A stretch of DNA of 64,000 nucleotides from Lingula anatina. Lineage: Eukaryota > Animalia > Brachiopoda. The stretch covers positions 63,280,788 to 63,344,787 of the forward strand of contig CM120640.1 of assembly GCA_051362555.1 (NCBI GenBank), in the 5' to 3' direction. Each line of letters begins with the position of its first letter. Within the stretch, counting starts at the first letter, position 1. Below the pieces are notes generated by a model. The model saw only the letters and a list, made by a program, of their open reading frames with translations, did no database searches and was not told where the DNA came from. The translations under genes were made by a program, and so were the position numbers. This document shows, piece by piece, positions 53,801 to 64,000 of the stretch.

Positions 53801-56008
53801 AAATTGTTAAAGAAAATATTGAATAATTAGAAAAATGTAACAGAAATATTTAACGATAAAATGACATTTTACCTGAAGGTTTTGTGTGTCAATAACCACA
53901 ACTAGGTTTTGACATCCATATGCAAGGAGGCCTTGCCATCCCCTATAAACAATGAAAATAAATAAAACATGACACAATAAAATGGTAATTATTCAATTTG
54001 GTCAAGTGTAGCTTTAAAATGTTACATGTAACATTTTTTTTCTCTGCAAATTTACATGTCAAGACATTTAATCTACTGACCATCAGGGATGCTTATCACC
54101 TGTATGATCAGTTTCAGTGGCACCCACGTGACAATGCTGCAGGCTGGAAATCAGTTGACATATCTTACATGTGAATGCTGTAGAGGCAGCACTTTATTTA
54201 AGTGCTATTAGAAGGTACTTACTTATTGAAATATGAAACATGTATGTGGCTATTTGTAAAGTAGTGCTTTGTTTGTTTGCAGTATATGGTTTGATATGTA
54301 CTATATTCTTATAACATTGCTTGGTTTGATTGGATCTACCTTAATTTATTAACCCACTTATGTAAATGCAAATTGTATTTTAGATTATTTTCATATATAA
54401 ATTTGTTGAATTTATGTTGCCAGAAACAATCAAATCTGAGAAATCTCACTGCCTGTGAACTATCTTGGCACAGTTGTAAATGGTTGTTTTTTAATTATAG
54501 AATATTTAAGTCAGTGTGAGAAAGAGAGCTCCAAAAATGATGGGATTTGAAAATTGCTTAAAGCAATAATAACTCTTCCTTTGAGATTCAAAATTCCACA
54601 AGAAATACATTGTAAACAACGCCTGGAAATATATTCTATTGCATTTTCCCCACTAAAACGACTGTTATTGTAGTAAAACTAAAATCTGTGCTTGTCACTT
54701 GGGCTTTCGATGCTTTTCTTCGCGGTCGACAAGTGCATGACAATGACGTTTAGGTGTCAAGCGGATTCTCGCAAACCTCAGACATAAGTTGCGAGTTTTT
54801 GTACAGTGCGTCGGAGAACGAAAAGCCCAGAATTGCACACACTGTAGATATAAATGCATTTTGAGCAAAAAGATGAATATATCTTATGAATCTTATAATA
54901 TTGTTATATAGTGTTGTTGTTGTCTGCTTTTCCCGCGGTTTTAAGTAGGTCACCAGAAACTAGCGCTCGATACGAGAGGGCTCCGTCAGTTAAAATCTCT
55001 TAAGAGATTTTAAAAAAAAACCGTACGTTTAGGAAAAAAACCCTGGATTAACTTTGAATGCAGGAATGGGGTCGTTGACCATTGGTAAGTACGGGAAAAT
55101 TGCTGTTTTTTCCAGGAAAATTGTATTTTTGGCCAAAACGAAGAGTTATTATGACTATTAAGAATAACTATTTAATTTTTCCGATACAGAGGTATGGGGT
55201 GTGTCAGGAAAGGAGGGCCAAAGGTTGGTTAGTCTGAGAAAGTTACCATATACCCCAGTTGAATTCTTAAACTATGTTTTTTGTTGTTTTTTTTTTTTTT
55301 TTTTTTGTAAATCTTGCAATGTGCACATTTGATAATTTCAGCCTTGACATTTTTATAGCTACATGTACATGTATTCATCTATCAATAAAATTCTCACCAA
55401 GCTTTTTCCACGATATTTGGACAATATATGTTATGTACTTTCTCTAGCTTGTGACAGCTTGGCCTACCACGAAGAACTCAAGTGTTTTCCCTGTGTTCTC
55501 TCAGTGTTAAATAATGTGATGAAATGATCACGGACACATGGAATTTGCACTAAAAGGAATACGATAGGACAAATTTGTCCATTTAGCACACATAAAATTT
55601 ATAATGGTTACAACTAACAAATGACCAACACAGCAGACACTACTGGTACAAGTACTTGTACAGTAATAGTATATACAAAGCTAAAGAGGCGTTTTTTTTT
55701 TTTTTTTAATGACCATCTTCTTGGTCCAGAAAAGGGGGTGTGGGTGAATGTACCGGGTACATTGTTAGAATTTTGATTAAGCTAAGCCTTTTTACACCAA
55801 ATTATGGTTGCAGGTTAAAAGTTAAAGATCGTCTAAAAAGTATGACTGAATCTAAGTAAAAAAATTCACAATTTAAAATAAATCAAAATATAAATAAAAA
55901 ATGTTTCCAGAAATTACAGTACTGTCATGTAATCAGCACTTACCAGTCGCAGGCCCCTTTATTTTGATGATGCAGAGCACCAGAGAGAATCCTGGAAGGT
56001 ACACGCAT
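38029..56008 (-). CDS. WDR11: WD repeat-containing protein 11, ~29 coding exons
   Basis: The N-terminus MRVPSRILSGALHHQNKGACDW|GWQGLLAYGCQNLVVVID..KVKWGKENYFH..LRLASADTNGRIVIW matches the WDR11 family. Exons include 55944-56008, 53873-53942, 53634-53675, 53267-53420, 52802-52975, then about 50201-50391 (YDLRCQSD), 47479-47656 (MCPPLTTKN), 44784-44922 (REHFVFTD), 43328-43496, 42049-42228 (FGDESDLHFWTVA), 40830-40997, 38377-38515 and 38029-38216. Confidence 0.95.
38217..38376 (-). other. U12-type (minor spliceosome) GT-AG intron, last intron of WDR11
   Basis: Donor GTATCCTTT, branch-like TTCTTGAC ~10 nt before CCCAG, no polypyrimidine tract, and the frame is preserved. Confidence 0.8.
39131..39303. 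mobile_element. Small MITE
   Basis: CTGGGGTAGCG...CGCTACCCCAG inverted ends with ATA flanks. Confidence 0.6.
39841..40375. mobile_element. MITE with ~145-bp near-perfect TIRs and 3-bp TSD (ATT), PIF/Harbinger-like
   Basis: att|GAGCGCATTCTCAACG...CGTTGAGAATGCGCTC|att. Confidence 0.9.
41178..41236. repeat. (GT)n microsatellite followed by a poly-G run
   Basis: Direct reading. Confidence 0.95.
48221..49878 (+). mobile_element. Internally deleted DIRS1-like retroelement retaining only the tyrosine recombinase, in a WDR11 intron (antisense to host)
   Basis: The left end TTAACTCTCATCTGATCATTCGGGATTCTACGAGAT and the right end (49795-49878) are both complementary to an internal region at 49578-49696 (ICR). 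ITR match between 48269 and 49762. Confidence 0.9.
48440..49485 (+). pseudogene. DIRS-type tyrosine recombinase, split by a single frameshift near 49243
   Basis: Contains SWRTGTRKQY, RSALS, RPSFPRYQTTWD, SGQR (catalytic R), KQSRP, then in the next frame HSTRAASTS, AGW and FSRFY (catalytic Y). Confidence 0.88.
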
Positions 56009-56704
56009 TGTTAACCTGAACTACTACATGCAATAATGTCAATAGGCTCGGATCACGCGCTTACAACCCTGTCCCTGGGGCCATGTTAGTGCGATCGAGA
56101 TTTTCGGTCGCCATGTTGTCATATGATGTAGAAGATGTTGAGATTGTTAAGCGCACCTAGCACAATCAGGTGTACGATGAGATACGATCTCCTGCGTTGG
56201 TATAAAAATCCGATGATGGACTTATTCCAGCATTTAGAGGATTTCCTCCTTTTTGTGCGAGAAAGAACATTTAGTCTACAAATTTGTTAAATTTCACATT
56301 AAATAATTAAAATGGATTTAATTCAGGGGGGGGGGTCCCCTTTTTTTTTTTTAAACATTCTCTTGATCCACTTCTTAATCCTATCTCCTATCTGTAATTG
56401 CATTAATAAAAAAAAAGGTAAGACACCCAAACCCAATATAGAGGTGCAATTGATGTCACAAGCATGTTATTAAAAATATTTACTGCACAGATTGCTAACT
56501 GTGTTTGATTATTTTAGGGTCCCACATGAAGAATCTTGTATAAAAGTTTCACTCTCCTGGAACCATGAATAATTAAAAATAATTCATCGTTTAACCCCAA
56601 AAAGGAACATTACTGTCACAAATACAAAACGTCCAACTGTGGAACGTTCTACTCACTTTGAAAATTCAGTCATCACTGGTTTTGTTCATTGATTTATCTC
56701 CTAC

Positions 56705-57374
56705 CACCCTGAGCTTCAGAGATAACTTGACACTAACCTCTTCACTATAGCCTATCTTCATCGTGTCAAGTTACCTCTGACCACATTCGATTGCTCCCGC
56801 CGCCCGCCAATCAAATTTAAATCCCACACTCAATGACTCATTGAACAATCTAGCCAATGAACGCGAACGAGTCAAAGCGCGCTTTGTTCAAATCCGGACC
56901 AATCAAAGATAAGGCTGAATATCAGGGACTTGCCGTAACCTGTGGGCAGCACGCAAAATACATCATCCCTCAGTAGATAATGATGCAGGGCCTCAAACTG
57001 CTCTGGTTTTAATTCCGATATACTCATATTTTACAAAGAATCAAGAGATAACTTAACACATTATTTTACGTAGTCACTCGTAGGAGACGCCATGCTTTTT
57101 TTTGTGTACGGTTATGCACTCGGAACTACTCGGATGTCTCCGCACTCGACAATAACTTTGTTGTTAGTATGGAGCTTGCGGAATCAGCCGAGGTTTACCG
57201 ATTGACGGTCAACCAATCAGCGTTTTCACCAAACTTTGGTGAAAAATTTTGAAACTTGGATTCGATTGGCTTATATAAACTAGGTCAAACTATTTTCGTC
57301 AGAGGTAACTTGACACGATGAAGATAGGCTATAGTAAAAAGGTTAGTGTCAAGTTATCTCTGAAGCTCAGGGTG
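56705..57374. mobile_element. MITE with ~75-bp TIRs and 8-bp TSD (hAT/P-like) upstream of WDR11
   Basis: tctcctac|CACCCTGAGCTTCAGAG...CTCTGAAGCTCAGGGTG|tctcctac. Confidence 0.92.
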
Positions 57375-58777
57375 TCTCCTACAAGCATAACGTTGCTAAA
57401 AATTATAATAATCTTCTGTATAGACCAGTTAATTGTTTTTGAGCGACTTAGGTTTGCTTGTCACAGAATATTAAAAAATGGGGAAAATACACCCTACCGA
57501 CAGTAAAATAAGCATTAAATAAACATGTCTCCCTTCATGATCCAAATTTAAGATTATATCAGAAATGTCAAACTATCATGGAACCACAATATATTGTTCG
57601 GTCAGCAAAAGAAAACATTACATATCTCTTGCACACAAGTACTTGAACAAAATGAAACACATTTTGACAATTTTTCTAGGGAACATACGTTACCTACCCT
57701 AGGTTCTAGATTCCGGTATTGCCAGCTCGATCTTGATTTCATATATAACCCATAGAAGCAATACCAGGTAAAAGCGACTCCACCACAAGGTATAAGTTAA
57801 AACTGATAAACTGCCTTGTTCTTCAATAGGCCCATTCTATTCTAGTTTAATCATTGTAGGCCTATGTACCTACATCCTTAATTGCGTTTTGCTCCTCTCT
57901 TCAGTTTATCATGTGGTATTTCATTTTATAGGTATCAATAATATACTATCAATAAGTACCAATAGGTGAAATTTACATGTAGGGGCCTATGCAAAAAAAA
58001 AAAAAAAAAAAAACTTCTGAACTAAATAAAAAACAAAACTATGATATTGAAAACTACATGTATGAAGTCGAAGATACTCAAAGTAAAGGAAATAAGTGAA
58101 CCAAACGTGCGCAGTAAGGACATTGTATTTGGGAAGTTTGTTACAATTAACTTAAACTCAAATTTTGCAAAAGATCTGACACGCAGCATCCAGATCGAAG
58201 ATGCTGAGGTCCAAACGCTAACTTCTCATAACATGAGCGCAAAGCGATGGCTTACATTCCAGTACATGCAGCTGTGCTTGCAGTATTTTGTGACTGCTCA
58301 TATTTTGGTGGTACTTAAAAAACAAACAAAACAAAATAATAATGATAATAATAATGTTTATTCAAAGTATAAAATCCGTTTAAAATGCTCAGTAGATTTT
58401 ACAAGGTAAATGTTATAATTCAAGAAATGGAAACATTATTGATATGAGGAAAATAAACAACTAAAATATTGAGAGTATAGTTACATAGTAGGCCTACAAA
58501 ATTAAAGATCAGTTTAACACCAGCAAATTTGCTGCGCATTGTTTAAAATTAAAATTTTCAGTTCTTTCTCAAATTGTCAGGAGTCTCTAAGATGTTCAAG
58601 AACACTGAGGAGCCATTCATTAGGCCCATTAACTTTTAGAGCGATGTTTTTTTTTATCTGGTTTACATGGTATCAGTAATAATTGATCAAATGATGTCAA
58701 GTTACGATTTAGAGTATGGTGTTTACGTAATTATAGTAAGTGTGTGTGTGTGTGTGTGTGTGTGTTGGGGGGGGGGG

Positions 58778-59003
58778 CAGACGTAGGGGGTACCCTGTCA
58801 CAACATCATGGAAATAATTCTCTTTCCTCCACTTCACCTGGAATAGGAAAGCGGAACGGTGCGTAAATGCTTCTAAAATACTGGTAGCACACTGTGGTAA
58901 AGAGAACGGAAGGGAAATATTGCTACATAATTCCAATCAGAAATTATACTGTAATATTACAATTAAGTGGAAAACATACTTTGATGTTACATTTCAGAAT
59001 AAG
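58778..59003 (-). pseudogene. Duplicated fragment of WDR11 exon 4 plus upstream intron
   Basis: Matches ~53361-53598 (VKWRKENYFHDVVTGYPLRL) and is truncated at a poly-G/(GT)n tract. Confidence 0.9.
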
Positions 59004-59392
59004 GGTTTATATCTAAAAATTGTGCTAAAATGCTAAAAATAGTACTAGTTGCTTGGGTTATTGATAAAATATTGTATGCATAAAAACCGGTTTTAAAACC
59101 GGTGCTATGTGATTGTCCCTGGGTGTGCGGGCTAAGAGACATGCTGAAATAACTGTACATGTTTATTTTAATGTTTTTCTTACTGAGAAACAGGTTTTAT
59201 AGTTAACCATTTTGCATATTATCTATAAGGCATGATATCTGATATCTAAACTGAAAATATATTAGGAAAAAATAGGGGAAAAAACGCACCACCGCACCAT
59301 TTTCAAAATTTTTCATGACGAAAAATTACTTTTTTGGCCTAATGAATGCGTTTAGGGGGCTCAGATGCTGTTGTTTTAATTGTAAAGGGCGA

Positions 59393-61045
59393 TCACAATT
59401 CAGGTTCCCGATTCAAAGGTTTGGCTTCTATAATAGCTCTGATTTCGTTAGCGGAGGAAAATGTAAAATCCTGGGCACTAAGGCACTGGGACTTATAGCG
59501 ATTTTTCGCTAAGCACACGACGTAATCAATTAGATCTAGCTCCTCCGCCATATCTTCCTGTTGCTGTGGCACTTTTGCGATCATTTCTTTGTGTTCCGTA
59601 TCTGGGTTCATCATTCGTCCTCTAGCACTGTCCAGTATCTTTTTTGCCACAGCTGCAAGTTCTCCTTGTGTTTTGGGATACGGTGAGTTGGCAAGCCACG
59701 AACCCGGTTTTCCTTCCATCACATAATAACTTATTAAGTCAAGGTTTAGGTAGTGGGCCATTGCTGCTATACTAGACTCTCCGTGTAAAAACAAGTCACA
59801 TTTTGCTAACGTTAGCACATCTCTAAGAACAGCCCTGCCATTCGCTCGGGCAAACTGCGGGCTTTCGTAAGGATTGTGCACAGCATCTGAATAAAAATTT
59901 GTCTCTCGAACGGCTTTGTTCCAATGAACTTTATTTCCAAATTCTTCTTTAAACCTTTTGACAGCCTCCTCATTGTCTGATGCCACAAATATCCGGATAG
60001 ACTTGGAATTATTTTCTTTGTATTTAATTTTATTGCGTAATTCTTGTGGGAGAACGTTGTCAGGATTCACCACTACTTTTATGACTTTTTTGGTCTCGGC
60101 TATCCATTGATCTAATGAAATGAGTTTTCCTACCTCATCCCAATGATCAGTTGCTCTAACATGTACTCCAATATTGAAATATCCCCTCATTGCTTTGTTG
60201 TACGCCGCCTCAACAGATTGTTTAACTACAAATGCCGGCCTGAAGTACTCTTTTAGCACATAATGAGCCAGCAGTCTAGTGTTATGCGTTATCTCTCCAT
60301 CGAAACTAACTTCTGGCATAGACCCTTCTCTAGTTTTTTTCTTAAAACTTAGATTCGCCAAATTATCTATTCCATATGATTTTACTACAGGCTCATGAGA
60401 CACTATGCAGATTTTATGTTCTGGCTTATTCTTGTCCCCATCTTCTAGAGGCTCGAAGAACCAATTAAAATGATTCACCTGTTGTTTGGATTCGCTTCCA
60501 CAGAAATTGCAGTGGTACCATTTCACTATGGGTTCACCTCCCAATAAAAGACATGATGTCAGTAGTTCTACGGCGTAAAGCACTGCGGATATCATTGCAG
60601 GACCATCATGGCCACAGTAAGATAATGTGTCCTCTATGTAACATGTCACAGAATTTGAGCGCAGAGAAAGGTCTCTATCGTACGATATCACAGGCCCAAC
60701 ATCCCGTCTGAAGTTTTCGAGTTTACTGAGTTCTATTTTTGTTTGCTTTGCAATCCATTCTAGAATGCTACGCCTTGAATGAAGAGTGGCATTTTTCAAC
60801 TGAAATTCTGAAATGGATTTTCCGTCAATAAACCCTATATCCTTTAGTTTTTCGTTTAAAAACTTTGCATTCAGCGCCTCTCCATTTAGCGACGATAACT
60901 GATTTACAGTGTCTATTTTATCGTTCCTTTTGATTTTAGTCGGTATCATACATACCATATAAAGTAAAAGCAAAAGACTAACAACAGCACTTAAATACAT
61001 CATGCAAAGGAATTTCCGTAGACAACTGCGTAGACACTGCGTCAT
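59393..61045 (-). CDS. Intronless type-II membrane GT-B fucosyltransferase-like protein (NodZ/FUT8/POFUT superfamily), ~550 aa
   Basis: N-terminal TM (YLSAVVSLLLLLYMVCMI); motif I IGVHVRATD, motif II IFVASDN, motif III DVLTLAKCDLFLHGESS. First ATG at 61045 (the track start at 61150 is TTG). Confidence 0.8.
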   Translation of the reverse strand: MTQCLRSCLRKFLCMMYLSAVVSLLLLLYMVCMIPTKIKRNDKIDTVNQLSSLNGEALNAKFLNEKLKDIGFIDGKSISEFQLKNATLHSRRSILEWIAKQTKIELSKLENFRRDVGPVISYDRDLSLRSNSVTCYIEDTLSYCGHDGPAMISAVLYAVELLTSCLLLGGEPIVKWYHCNFCGSESKQQVNHFNWFFEPLEDGDKNKPEHKICIVSHEPVVKSYGIDNLANLSFKKKTREGSMPEVSFDGEITHNTRLLAHYVLKEYFRPAFVVKQSVEAAYNKAMRGYFNIGVHVRATDHWDEVGKLISLDQWIAETKKVIKVVVNPDNVLPQELRNKIKYKENNSKSIRIFVASDNEEAVKRFKEEFGNKVHWNKAVRETNFYSDAVHNPYESPQFARANGRAVLRDVLTLAKCDLFLHGESSIAAMAHYLNLDLISYYVMEGKPGSWLANSPYPKTQGELAAVAKKILDSARGRMMNPDTEHKEMIAKVPQQQEDMAEELDLIDYVVCLAKNRYKSQCLSAQDFTFSSANEIRAIIEAKPLNREPEL

Positions 61046-61102
61046 ATCTGTGAAGTTGAGTGCTCTCTCCTCACTGGGATATTTTGCAAACTCCTCCCTC
61101 TG

Positions 61103-61118
61103 TATATATCTGACGTCA
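61103..61118 (-). promoter_or_regulatory. Perfect CRE (TGACGTCA) adjacent to a TATATA box upstream of the fucosyltransferase
   Basis: TGACGTCA at 61111-61118 and TATATA at 61103-61108, ~60 nt before the ATG at 61045. Confidence 0.4.
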
Positions 61119-62113
61119 GCAATATAGTAGAGCTCCCACGAGCAACTCAATAATAAATTATGTACACAAAAAAAAGGATAATTGCACTTGCCATGGCATA
61201 AACTACCATACGGGTGATTTCACTAATTACGGAAGATGTGAAACCCCTTTATAAATTGTTCAACCATTTGATAAGTTCTAGTTCTTGGTTAATACGTGCA
61301 AATTGGAATTCTGCATAGTTACGTAATATTAATTGGATCATTTTATCGCTCTCGCTCCATCTAAAACCTTTGTACTATTGCGCAAATGAGCAATGTGCCC
61401 GTGGAATGTGAATGAATAATAAGAGAAGTGCAAGGTGAATGGTTTGATCATCATCATGTCTAATATTCACTGAACAAGCGGAAGGGCTTGACAATATATC
61501 AGATACTGGCATAAATTCTCACTTTCCGAGATGATAGATTTCGCTTTTCTAGATTCTAGCAATGTTTTAACTCAGTATTAATCCAGATTTGAGACAGGTA
61601 ATGTCTAGTCGGCTTTGATTTCATCTACATGCAAATACAGAAAAAGTTGCAACAATTTTCATGACAGAATTATGCTTATGGCATTTTTTCACAAAAGTTA
61701 TATCTAAATAAACTCCAACACGATACTGCAGTGAATATGTTATGGTAAGTACAAATAATTTAAGTTATTTTTCATAAAGGTAACGAATGGATTAACTGAT
61801 TTAAAGTTTTTCAGTTAGTCATCTTTTGCGAAATTTCATTTAACTATGGTCAATTTTTTAGTTATCTAAATCTGAAGTTCGGTAAACGTTTTTTTTTTCT
61901 TTCTTTATGCCGATTAATTCTATTGCAAAACTCCCCCCACTGATCTGATAGTCCATATGGATAGCCCGGCGTTAGTAATTTCCGACTCCAAATTACAAAG
62001 GCACTCGTTATAAAACGTACTTGACATGGTAGTAAAAATGTTGTTACGTTTTTTGTTGTGATCTGCACAATTTACAGACTCCCTACATATCCCGAAATAA
62101 CGTAGTGCATGTA

Positions 62114-62430
62114 CAGGCCTACCCAACTACCAGACTCGGCACCGAATGATGCTGAATTCACCGGTAGATCAGACCACACTACCCGTTTTCAAGGTGTGTG
62201 TCAGATCGCATTACACAGTATCATACCCTGAACAAATTTTGAGTGGTGATGCAATGCTTTTCAACCCCGCTGAGAATCGTCACTATCACATTGCGTACTA
62301 GGCAAGAGCGGTGTCGCGTCTGATACTGTGTAATGCGATCTGACACACACCTTGAAAACGGGTAGTGTGGTCTGATCTACCGGTGAATTCAGGATCATTC
62401 GGTGCCGAGTCTGGTAGTTGGGTAGGCCTG
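62114..62430. mobile_element. MITE with ~110-bp TIRs and 5-bp TSD (ATGTA), hAT5-like
   Basis: atgta|CAGGCCTACCCAAC...GTTGGGTAGGCCTG|atgta. Confidence 0.9.
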
Positions 62431-64000
62431 ATGTATATAGTGAGCGACACGTCGGTACTGATGGGTCGTAAGAGGGGTAGCCATGCAGATCATGTTTTGC
62501 CGTATGCACAAGGCTAATTATCCCCGAGCCATTAACTACGTATTGTGCTTTTTTTAACTTGGTTGTTAAGCAAAGAGCGCATTCAGGACAGCTGATCCAC
62601 GGACCAACTAAATATGGCCGACCCTACTTTAAAGGAAGCCGCTCAATCCCCTGATGGTCTACCCCCCCCTCCTCATGCGCCATTAAACGGATTAAATCTC
62701 GGCTATTGCTAAGCCCCTGCAGGGACGATGCGTGTGAAGACCATCAGGGAATTAGTCGGCATCGCTTTTAAGTGAGTCGGCCTCCAAGGCTGATTGATAG
62801 AACCCCCATTACCTCCACAAAACCTTACATTTATAGTTCCACACATTCTTTATATTCCTGTATCGTTTCGTACTGGATGACATATGGTTTTCACCTTTTC
62901 TGCAACCAAGGAGGTTTATAAACTGCAATAATACATATATACATCTTGCTTCGACAAGTGTTGATTGTATTATCCATAACCATAAGATAGAACATAGAGA
63001 TTATGAAACATTGTACAGTTGCACGTGTGAAGTAACATCAGAAAGCTTAATTGAAATATACACTCTGGCATATTAAAATATGTCACGCCCAGCACTTTAG
63101 ATACATAAGAAGTCATCCGTTGGAATGAGAAATTAACAGCTGTAATTTGGATGAGTATACTCTAGGCCTAACTCACATCAAGATAAGATCAGAGTTTCAC
63201 ATTTTAAAGGTATGGGAAGTGAATTGTTGGCGCAAAGTACAACGTAAAAAGGGATTGTATTGCGCTTTCAGCACTTTTTCTCCAACAGCGTCAAATACCA
63301 ATTTTACATCATTCATCCAAACACCATCTAAGCTCTTTTCTTACACTGATTTCATAAAATCGTTCAAGATGATTTCCACCTCTCGGAGCAATCTACAATA
63401 CCGATTCTTTTCACAAGTAAGGAAATAAACTGAATTCAACATAGTATGAAATCACATCATGCTAATTCATCACAAGACTTGCTTTATTTTATACAAAAAA
63501 GTCGCCCATATGGCTTTAAAACCAGTAGGCCATCCTCACATTTATTACTCTGTGTGCGTCGCTGTCACAGCAAGTATGAGGCTCTCATATTTCTTCACAT
63601 TTGCAGTCTTGGTTGGAACAGGTCGGTTTCGGTTTCAGACTTTATAAATATTGCCTCATATTTATATTTGACCAATCCATTAAGTAAGTATCTAAAAAGC
63701 GGTATACAAGTGCTGGTAACAAATAGGCTTAGTGCACATACGGTACAAAGGATAAACTACCATATTGGTTATATACATATTGTTACTACTGTACATGTAG
63801 AACTTATTATCGTCTTTATGAGAAAGATGACAAAACTGATTTAATGAAATTTCTTTCAAATTCGTTCCGTGCCATGTAGTAACGGCAGTGGATCCTCCAT
63901 TCCCGTATTGTTACATGGGCCGATCAGAGCTGGTAGTTGGCGATATTCTCACCAACGATGAGTATCTCTGTAACGGACCATATAAACTTGTTATGCAGTC

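Noticed and set aside
62575-62790. Stem-forming segment resembling a structured RNA
   Set aside because: It shares GAGCGCATTC and CCC.GCAGGGACGA motifs with the 39841-40375 MITE, so a degenerate MITE is the simpler explanation.

Overview
AT-rich, intron-rich animal genomic DNA. The repeat types and gene content suggest a lophotrochozoan or mollusc-like invertebrate, which is an inference. Conventional genes: an 11-exon SLC27/FATP acyl-CoA synthetase (+, 5192-10691), a single-exon secreted Cys-module/Thr-rich protein (-, 35709-36344), a ~29-exon WDR11 with a U12-type last intron (-, 38029-56008), and an intronless NodZ/GT23-like fucosyltransferase (-, 59393-61045). The main unannotated signal is a tandem cluster at 11.9-32.7 kb (- strand) of five paralogous 3-exon micro-genes that the ORF track does not recover. 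Each encodes a signal peptide, a short Arg-rich core (e.g. WRRRRRRRRN-GKK) and a conserved acidic C-terminal pro-piece. Three copies are intact and two are damaged, with extra decayed exon-3 relics, mosaic ancestry and intronic minimal hammerhead-like motifs. The window also holds many transposable elements: a Helentron/HINE with a 146-bp array, a Tc1 relic, a YR-only DIRS, an L2 relic, foldbacks and MITEs. All exon coordinates were read by hand.
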